From Octopus sinensis (Eukaryota): a stretch of DNA of 64,000 bases. Positions within the stretch are counted from its first letter, which is position 1, and every line of letters starts with the position of its first letter. The position numbers were made by a program, and so were the translations under genes. Shown here piece by piece: positions 54,717 to 64,000 of this stretch. The DNA lies in NCBI RefSeq assembly GCF_006345805.1, contig NC_043013.1, positions 2,356,001 through 2,420,000 on the forward strand. The letters are read 5' to 3'. Under the pieces are notes generated by a model that worked only from the letters and a program-made list of their open reading frames with translations, was not told the origin of the DNA and did no database searches.

Positions 54717-55464
54717 TTACATTTAGATGTATATATATTTACATTTAGATATATATTAAGCATTGTGAGACTGATAACCTGGTGTAGAACCTGGTTATAA
54801 CTTAGTGTAGGACTCAATATATGTATGCCTCTGAATGAAGCATATGTATGAGCCATAAGTACAGAGCCATAATAAGAAAATGAGAGGAGAAAGGAATAAA
54901 TGATTATCTTATCAACTTCATTGGCTTACAGCTAACATGTTTCAGCTATGAGGCCACTGTATCTTATAGAAACAGCTGTAAGCTAATGAAGTTCATAAGA
55001 TAATTCTTTTGTCAACTCATTTTCTTATACACGCACACACAAGCATAGAAGATAACAAGACGCAGTTCTTTTCACACTGATGTCCTCATATACAAAACAA
55101 CATACACACTCCATTACATACATAGAAATGTTCACATACAGATTTACATACAAAAATACACATACACATACATACACACACACACTCACACAAACATAGA
55201 AACTTATACATATGATCTACAAAAATATATATACAAATAAGGTAATGCACACATGTAGCTAACTAAAAATATATACATGCAGATACATGTATACATATAT
55301 TTAAATGTGCATATAAACATATAGACATACAAGCACACACACACACACACACACACGTATGCTTAAGCACCAAAACCTACCCAGAGTAAAGCATACATAT
55401 GCACATGCATGCACCAATGAACACAAACAAGAAATATAATATGAGCAAATGTCTAAAGGGACAA

Positions 55465-55564
55465 NNNNNNNNNNNNNNNNNNNNNNNNNNNNNNNNNNNN
55501 NNNNNNNNNNNNNNNNNNNNNNNNNNNNNNNNNNNNNNNNNNNNNNNNNNNNNNNNNNNNNNNN
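55465..55564. other. Assembly gap (100 N, placeholder size)
   Basis: Run of exactly 100 N. True distance and orientation across it are unknown. Confidence 0.99.
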
Positions 55565-55800
55565 AATATGACAGCCTCATCTTCTTCAACAAACTCCTAA
55601 TTACCCTTCACATAGAGGAAGGAGAGAGGCCACATATGCTAGAAAAGAATCTTCAACATGCTTTTGTGAACCTATTCAACAGAGTTGCCAAATTCCTCTC
55701 AACAAATTCTCCAAAGTATTGCAAAAACTATGAACAACCATCGTTTAAGATGTAAACAACACACACATACTACAGTATTTCAGTTTTAGAATAAGATAGA

Positions 55801-56209
55801 AGGATCTTTTCGGTTTGAACGGTAGTTTTTTCTAGCGGTGTCATATGAAATTGTCACCCATAATTATGACCCTAGTATCGATCTATTGCATTTCAATCTA
55901 TTTTAGGGTTAGGGTTAGGGGTGGTGGAAGGGTATCTTTTTTTCTTCAGAAATGTAAATAAACCCAATCTGTTTCTTAAATGAGGGATATATTCATACGG
56001 CACAGAATGTTTTTTAACTCAACAGACGGCAGTGATTGGTTGAAATTGAAGAAAAAAAACAACAAATATCTTACAAACTATAGAATGTTCTCAATAAAGC
56101 CAAGAGAAAAAGATGTTTTATAAACACATTCTACCAGTATACGAAGTTTAAAATTTTTTAGTTAACTAGAAATTATGTTAATAACTGCCGTTCAAACCGA
56201 AAAGATCCT
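55801..56209. mobile_element. MITE with ~27-bp TIRs and internal (TTAGGG)3
   Basis: aggatcttttcggtttgaacggtagtt / aactgccgttcaaaccgaaaagatcct. Flanks aagataga / aagataca (8-bp TSD, 1 mismatch). Confidence 0.85.
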
Positions 56210-56556
56210 AAGATACATCACGTCCCTCGATATTATAAGAGACAATTAAAAGAAACAGTGATAGAAAGACCATCCAGTTGTACAATATTGCTTGAAAAAA
56301 AGCTATTCAAGCCACACGAGCATAGAAAAACAGATGTAAAATGATGATGACAATTATAATAATATATAGTACATCATCTCACGACTGAGATAGGATGAGG
56401 ATTAATTATAACACTGATCAGATTGTAAACTCAAACCAGAACAAAACTAATACACAAGAAAACTGACTTTCCTCTCTACCCCACTGTATAATTAATCATC
56501 CTTTTTGATAAGAATACAGTCATTTAAATAACTTTCTCTTTTGAAATTTCTTGGTT

Positions 56557-56711
56557 CAAATTTATATTATAATCAATATAACCAAATTTATATTATAACC
56601 AATATAACCAAACTTATATTATAACCAATATAACCAAATAGATATTATAATCAATATAACCAAATTTATATCATAACCAATATAATATAATTATATTATA
56701 ATCAATATAAC
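56557..56711. repeat. AT-rich minisatellite, 26 bp x ~6
   Basis: Unit caaatttatattataa(t/c)caatataac. Confidence 0.9.
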
Positions 56712-57382
56712 TCTCGGAGTGGTTGGCGTTGGGAAGGGCATCCAGCTGTAGAAACTCTGCCAGATCAAGACTGGAGCCTGGTGCAGTCATCTGGTTCGCC
56801 AGCCCACAGTCAAACCGTCCAACCAATGCTAGCATGGAAAGCGGACGTTAAACGACGATGATGATGATGATGATGAATTTCCCATACAGCAGGCATCTCT
56901 GTGTATTTTAACCTCAGTAATTCATGAAGCCTATTCCATCTCTAACTCTAAAATCTTGCATTGATGGTTTAAACCATACTTTGCTCACACAGTCTCTCAT
57001 AAGATCAAAACAATTTCAAAGTTGTTACTGTGCTGCTAAAAAACAAACTTCACTCTTCCCTGCAGTCTATTTTAATTCCAGAGTTGTCTCCCCTGCAGTT
57101 CTTGACTAGAATTAGTCATTTACATTAGTTTTGTTTTTTGTTTATTCATTTTTTACTCATCACTAAGACTAATTGCATTAAGTGCCTCACTATTAATACC
57201 AACAGAGATGCTGAATTAGTTTCTTCAAAATATTTTATCTGTAGATGAAGACTGTGAGACTGGTTACAATAGTTTATCTAAATCTCTATATATACACTTT
57301 GTATGTCATTCATTTGTATTCTACAGTCCAGACACATGAACTGCAATGACTCAATCTAGCAATAAATAAATTATCATCAGAA

Positions 57383-57544
57383 GGCGTAGGAGTGGCTGTG
57401 TGGTAAGTAGCTTGCTTGCCAACCACATGGTTCCGGGTTCAGTCCCACTGCGTGGCACCTTGGGCAAGTGTCTTCTGCTATAGCCTCGGGCCGACCAAAG
57501 CCTTGTGAGTGGATTTGGTAGACGGAAACTGAAAGAATCCCGTC

Positions 57545-57576
<32 letters not shown>

Positions 57577-57772
57577 TTGTCCCCCCAACATCGCTTGACG
57601 ACCGATGCTGGTGTGTTTACATCCCCGTAACTTAGCGGTTCAGCAAAAGAGACGGATAGAGAATAAGTACTAGGCTGATAGAATAAGTACTGGGGTCGAC
57701 CTGCCCGACTAAATGCGGTGCTCCAGCATGGCCACAGTCAAATGACTGAAACAAGTAAGAGAGTAAAAGAGT
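57383..57772 (+). mobile_element. SINE family A, full length
   Basis: Complete copy. agaaggc is present at both ends (possible TSD). Confidence 0.92.
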
Positions 57773-58123
57773 AGAAGGCCAGCACAGTATTCAGCACTGT
57801 ACTTGGCTTCCCAATATTTAGTAGATATCCTGGTTCTAGTGCTGAGTTGAGATGATCTTTCTTCTAAAGTCAGTAAGACAAATCCCTGTTGAGATATACA
57901 TCTGATTAGGAAGAGTCCAGCACTTCACTCCACTCATCACAAACATTATTAGTGTGAGAGGAATGAATATGGCATTATTTATCTCATTCACATATATTGT
58001 AATATTTGAGGGGAATTAAACCAAAATCTTCAACAATAGAGATGTTGATAGGGTCAGGGTCAATTTTTGGTTTTTCCAGAAAGTGAGAAAATAGTACCAG
58101 CAATATACTGAGATGCTTTAAAC

Positions 58124-58461
58124 CAGTGATTCTTAACCAGGGTCCAAACGGCCCCTGAGGGTCCATATAAGATTTGTGGGGGAACACAACAAAATAGAAA
58201 ATTGGGAATCCATAATAATATTTTAAGGGCCCCTGAAAAAAATGTTGCTTTAGATGTATGTATTGCAAGAAAGAGCTACGTTTCCTTCTCAATTATTTTA
58301 CATAGTTCAACCTACCCACATTAATATGTGGAAAACAAAATAGGAATTTTGAAAGACATTTCTATAAAACTAGTTTATAAACATCGAATGGCTACTGGGG
58401 TACACCAGAATAAAATAGTAATCAAAGGGGTCCATAGATGAAAAATGGCCGAGAACCCCTT
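58124..58461. mobile_element. hAT-type MITE with a perfect 8-bp TSD
   Basis: ctttaaac|cagtgattcttaacc ... ggccgagaacccctt|ctttaaac. Confidence 0.88.
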
Positions 58462-59220
58462 CTTTAAACAAACCTCTTTCAATTTAACAAAATTTGGTCT
58501 TATACTGAAATAGCTGCAGAAGAGAAAAAACAGTTCTGTGTTTTGTACTCAATGTGAACTCTACGGCCACCATTTTTTTGTCAGCCTTACAATGAACATG
58601 ACAATTTTGTATGTACAATGATGTAAAAGAAAATAGAAGGGTCAACATGGTGACTATAATCTGAGAAGAGGATAACAAAGTTGAATATTTTTCTTATGAG
58701 ACACTACTTAAAGTCATATAATATTTAGTTATTGGTCATATAACAGACAGGACATACATTTAAGTGAACACAAGATAAACCACAGGATCCAATGATGATG
58801 ATGATGATGTTGTTCGCCATCTTCATACATCTGTTTTCTATGCTGGCTGGTGTAGACCAGTTTGAAAGGAACTGCTAAGTCAGAAGACTGCACTAGGCTC
58901 TGATGTCTATCGTACAAGGGTGAAGTAGTCTGAACACTATGTCCGGGAAAGAGACAGCATGACCAGAGCAGGAATGTCTTTGATTAGGAGTGCCAGCTTA
59001 TCTGTCTATCTGTCTATTTATATATCTATCAATGCATATAAGTATATGTATCTACATAGATTTTTGGTTTTTTTTTATTTTTATGTAAGCAAAAAACAGT
59101 CTACGTATCAAACCATCTAAATACCAAGTAAACAACCTAGCAATCTACCAATCTATTATGATGCTAGCTAAGTGTTTGTGAATGAATATGGGTGTGTGTT
59201 AATATAATTAAAAACATCTC

Positions 59221-59253
<33 letters not shown>

Positions 59254-59262
59254 AATATATAT

Positions 59263-59317
<55 letters not shown>

Positions 59318-59780
59318 TATATATATACATATTATATATATAATAGTGCAGCTTACTTCAGAATACTCCATTTTACTTTAAATATGATCAGACTAGTTCC
59401 AGTTCAAAAACGGAATGCACTTGTTGAACTAACTTGTTGAAAATGTTTTTCTGTAAGTGCATGAAAGAGCGAATATGCCGGTAAAAGCAAATTTGGAAGT
59501 CGCTTTTAGTTAGTATGTCAGATTTAAATATAGTGTTATTATTCAGCTGCACTATAGTACAAAAAATGTAATAGTTTCAAAAGGCAATTACTATTATTAT
59601 GAAAATTACTTGGAGCAACATTATTTGCAAGTAGAGGGAGAAAAACAATAGTAATTATACAATGTCTTTTTGAAATGAAATTTCACTGAGCTTATAAATA
59701 TATATATATATATATATAGACACCATGATAGATCATTAGCCACTACACACATTTTTTTTCTCTCCTTGTTTTCTGTGTCC

Positions 59781-59816
59781 CTTTCTGAAGAAGAGCGTAG
59801 GCTTGAAACGTAAAAG
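59781..59816 (+). ncRNA. Minimal type-I hammerhead (GUA site) in a short PLE-like remnant (~59720-59915) between (TA)n tracts
   Basis: cttt-CTGAAGA-a-gagc.gtag.gctt-GAAA-cg-TA-aaag. The downstream sequence recurs as a fragment at ~13900-13960. Confidence 0.75.
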
Positions 59817-59911
59817 ACTTTTTCTATTCCTGAGCGTTATACTAATACATCTGTTTGTTTTGTACACCACCTGTCTTCGTCTTTTGTTGTTTTTTTTTTG
59901 TAAACTCTCCC

Positions 59912-59962
<51 letters not shown>

Positions 59963-61387
59963 TTATATATATATATTCATGTGTGTGCAAGTTTAAACTA
60001 ATTTCATTAAACATTTTTTCTTATTACCTTATACGTTTTTATGCTCAATTTGGAACAATACTATTCTGAAGTTCAAAATGTTTCAAGGCGTCCTCAGCAT
60101 CACCTTCTGAATGAAATGATGATAGAGGAACCAAGGAACAATGAAACTGATAGTATTACTAATGCTTGATCTAACATTGGCTACTTTCATAGAGTATTTT
60201 ATGTGAGCTCTTTCCATGCATCAACATTTTGTTTGTATCATCTTTACCTAGATTTTTATTACATGTTCTGTATGTAATGTACAGTGATGGTTCTTTGTTG
60301 AAAATGCATAGTCAACTAATGAACAAAGTGTAACAGTTTAAGTCTTTAAGTTTGCAACTTACACATTTACATTGAAATTTGTATATTACATTGGTTTCTA
60401 AAACATGTTCTATGGCTTACAGGCTTGTCATTTTATATTTATGAGAAAGCTTTTCATTCTGGTGCTTTTATAATATATTCTATTACTTGTGGTTAATTTT
60501 AATACATATGTTCTAATTATGAGATTTTTAACGACAAATTCATACAGTCTATAAATAGAATTGCATTAGATTTATGTAGTATTGTGTATGTGTGGTTATA
60601 CTAGGTACTGTATCTGTTATGGGAATTTATTCTTGCAGTATGTTATTAGGAAAATACAAATCAAATCTGAGCACACAGATATAGTACAGGTGAAATAAAC
60701 TTTATAAGTAACCAGAAAGTTAGCAGTTAAACAAATGCTAAATCTAGGAATGATGGTTTTATCAGTTAGAATATCATTCCTGGGATTCCTGGTTGGCTCC
60801 TGCAAAACACAATATGCTGCTATCATCATAGTATTCTGATGAGCCTGAGAATATGTTGGAATGCTGGAGGACTTAGAAATGTTAGAAGGACTTCCAAGCT
60901 AAACATTAAACAACTGATAAGAAAATATGAAAAATCCTTTGTAAAAACAGATTCAAACACAAACATATTTCTGGTGTATGTATATGAATATATATATATA
61001 TATATATAAATATATATATATGATGATGATCTTATTGTATGCATTGCTCGAAGGCAGTGCAACAAAAGTTGTCAACATGTCAAAACCAGGAATTAAACCA
61101 GACTCACATAAAATTTCCATTTAATGTGCTTTGAACATGTACAAACATACGCACACACACAAACAAATATATACTGACAGACACACACATAAACATATAC
61201 ATGAATACACACACACACACATTTAATATATAACATATATATAAAATATATATACATACATACATACATACACACATATAATTTTATTTACACATATATT
61301 TGTATGTAAATGTATGTGTATAAATGAGATGTGGATGCATAAATCTGTACATTTGAGTAATTTGTGTGATAGAGAATGAGAGAGTAC

Positions 61388-61443
61388 ATACATCTAGATG
61401 TGTGTGTATATATATATATACACACACACCACACACACATCTA

Positions 61444-61493
<50 letters not shown>

Positions 61494-61504
61494 TCTAGAT
61501 GTAC

Positions 61505-61537
<33 letters not shown>

Positions 61538-61762
61538 TCTAGATGTACATATATATACACATCTAGATGTATATATATATACACACACATCTATATATAT
61601 ATATATATACACACACACATCTAGATGTATATATATACATATATATATACACACACACATCTAGATGTATATATATACACATCTAGATGTATATATATAC
61701 ACATCTAGATGTATATATATATAACACATCTAGATGTATATATATTACACATCTAGATGTAT
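61388..61762. repeat. Array of ~11 palindromic ACATCTAGATGT units separated by variable (TA)n(CA)n
   Basis: Direct count. Spacing varies from ~22 to ~58 bp. Confidence 0.9.
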
Positions 61763-61779
61763 ATATATGTATGTATATG

Positions 61780-61834
<55 letters not shown>

Positions 61835-62295
61835 TTATTTATTTATTATACAGCCTTAACTAGTGAGAGAATGACATTATGCCTTATACTATGTGTGTAT
61901 ATGCATGGTAGTAGTAGTAGTAGCAGTAGGAAAAGCAACAGCAGTATTAAAGTATTTCTCTGTGTGTTCCAACTTCTAGGTATGTTACCTTTAGTAGGGG
62001 GGAATTGTGAAATATGATACTGCAAATTTTCTTATTATATTTTATTTTGCTATTCTTTATTTTACCCTTCTTCTTCTCTTTTATCCTGTGTTTTATTCTA
62101 CCCAAAGGCACTGAGCGTGAACTCCTAAAATTTTCTCTTTTCACTTGTTGGAGAAAAATCGTTGGAAAAAGGATTTTGAAAATAAAATTGATAATATTTA
62201 AGAATAATGGCCTATTGATTTATTCATTTTTCTTTCATCTATTACTGTCTGTCTTCCTTGATGTCTGTTCATGAGTCTCCCTGTATGTTTATGCT

Positions 62296-62358
<63 letters not shown>

Positions 62359-64000
62359 ATAAATAGGCACAGGAGTGGTTGTGTGGTAAGAAGCTTGCTT
62401 CCCAACCACATGGTTCCGGATTCAGACCAAAGCCTTGTGAGTGGCTTTGGTAGATGGAAACTGAAAGAAGCCCGTCATATATATATATATGTGTGTGTGT
62501 GTATTTGTTGTTTGTGTCTGTGTTTGTTCCTCCACCATCACTTGATAACCGATGTGTATTTTACATCCCTGTCACTTAGCGGTTCGGTAAAAAGAGACTG
62601 GTAGAATAAGTACTAGGCTTACAAAGAATAAGTCTTGGGGTTGATTTGTTTGACTAAAGGCGGTGCTCTAGCATGGTCGCAGTCAAATGACTGAAACAAG
62701 TAAAAGAATGCATAAATGTAGAGAGAGAGAGAAAGAGAGAGAGGAGAATGATAGAATAGGCACAGGCATGAGTGTATGGTTAAGACATTCACTTAACAAC
62801 CACGTGGTTTCAGGTTCAATCCCTGTATGCAGCACATCTACTATGGCCCCAATTCACCTAATGCACTGTGAGTCATTACTGACTAACATTCTTTTAATTC
62901 TGTACTAGTTTCTATCACTGCAGTCATGCTGGAGCAACATTTGTGAAGGGTTTGATTGATCAAATCAATACCAGCCCTTAATGACTCACACTAATTCTAT
63001 TGGTTTCAAATTGCTGACTGCTATGTCACAGAGGGCATAAACAAACCAATACCACATACACATATATATTATGCATGTGCACATGTGTGGAAAGAGGCCA
63101 GTAAAATGATTATACATACATATATATATATATATATATACAAAGTAAGATAGGGGTTATGGAAGTAACCCACTATGGGATATCAGTTATCCAATATACT
63201 GCTGGTAAAGTACCCAAATACTAAATACATAAATGCTTATAATTGCAATGCAATTAATTCATTTATTGTATTGAATGGGTGAAAGTAAAAAATATTTTAC
63301 CATAAATTCATAATACAAATAAGAAAATGGAGGAACAAATTCATTTCGATCATCAACTTACGGATATTACAATTTCATATATATATATATATATATATAT
63401 AAATTAGAAATGGAAACCAAAATAATTAAATTGAATAATTTAATCATTAAACGATAAAGTTGATTCAATCTTATTATTTTATACAAACAAATGAGACATC
63501 TGGTAAATTACAGCTGGTTCTGCATCATTAAAAAATAACAGGTTTTTCAAGATTAATAGAATACCATTTTAAATACCGACTGTTACTCAGTTTCAGTTGA
63601 ATGTCCATCAGTTACATTTCCTATGTTACCAAACTCAATGATAAGGCATTGGGACTGAATCAGAATCCATAGCCTTAACACAGCTATGTCTAGTCTTATA
63701 CACACAGCCATATAAATGCCTGTGGTTAAGGAGTTTACTCCACATGCATGAGGCTTCTGCTTCAGTTCCAAAATGCAGCAACCTCAGGGAGACATATTTT
63801 AAATACTAAAACTGGAACAAAATACAGGGGTCAAGCTGATCAACTGAACCCTTCAAGGAGTTGCTCAAGGATGGCTTCAATCCAATGACTGAAACATGTA
63901 AAATTATGAGAATATATATGAATGTTCAAAGGAGATGTGTTTGCCAAAGTGCAGAGAACTCAATATTTTATAATTATAAAGCTTTGACAATCTATTGTTA

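Noticed and set aside
55399-55755. 118-aa ORF spanning the gap
   Set aside because: Artefact of reading through Ns. The post-gap peptide has no recognisable homology.
55903-55920. True telomere or chromosome-fusion site
   Set aside because: Only three units, and they are internal to a TIR-bounded MITE.
60617-60829. Minus-strand acceptor tgtgttttgcag at ~60801 with a 70-aa frame, as a Ski 5' exon
   Set aside because: No DHD similarity and no convincing donor.
61388-61762. CRISPR-like array or SMAD-site array
   Set aside because: The spacers are simple dinucleotide repeats, the repeat is only 12 bp, the context is eukaryotic with no cas genes, and ATCTAGAT is not GTCTAGAC.

Overview
Eukaryotic, AT-rich, microsatellite- and SINE-dense genomic DNA. 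The repeat landscape suggests an octopus/coleoid cephalopod genome (inference). Almost all ORFs in the supplied track are microsatellite or TE noise. The one real gene is on the minus strand and is mostly missed by the track: a Ski/SnoN-family TGF-beta/SMAD co-repressor. Four exons splice in frame with GT-AG boundaries (39619-39912, the SMAD4-binding SAND-like domain; 6664-6863; 2040-2129; <1-158), around a ~32.8-kb intron. The exon(s) for the N-terminal DHD domain were not found. Introns hold several tRNA-derived SINE families, RTE and CR1 LINE 3' ends, Tc1/mariner, pogo and hAT MITEs, Helitron/Helentron derivatives and a 100-N gap. The most unusual signal is a set of fold-back elements embedded in (TA)n tracts that carry minimal type-I hammerhead ribozyme motifs typical of Penelope-like elements, clustered at 49.5-55 kb. 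It includes a structurally complete GUC hammerhead (49801-49889), a probable G3-C8 covariant family, and an apparent tendency for gene-sense copies to be broken. A 270-bp near-perfect palindrome and nested inverted SINEs provide long intronic dsRNA. Repeat coordinates are approximate unless termini are stated.
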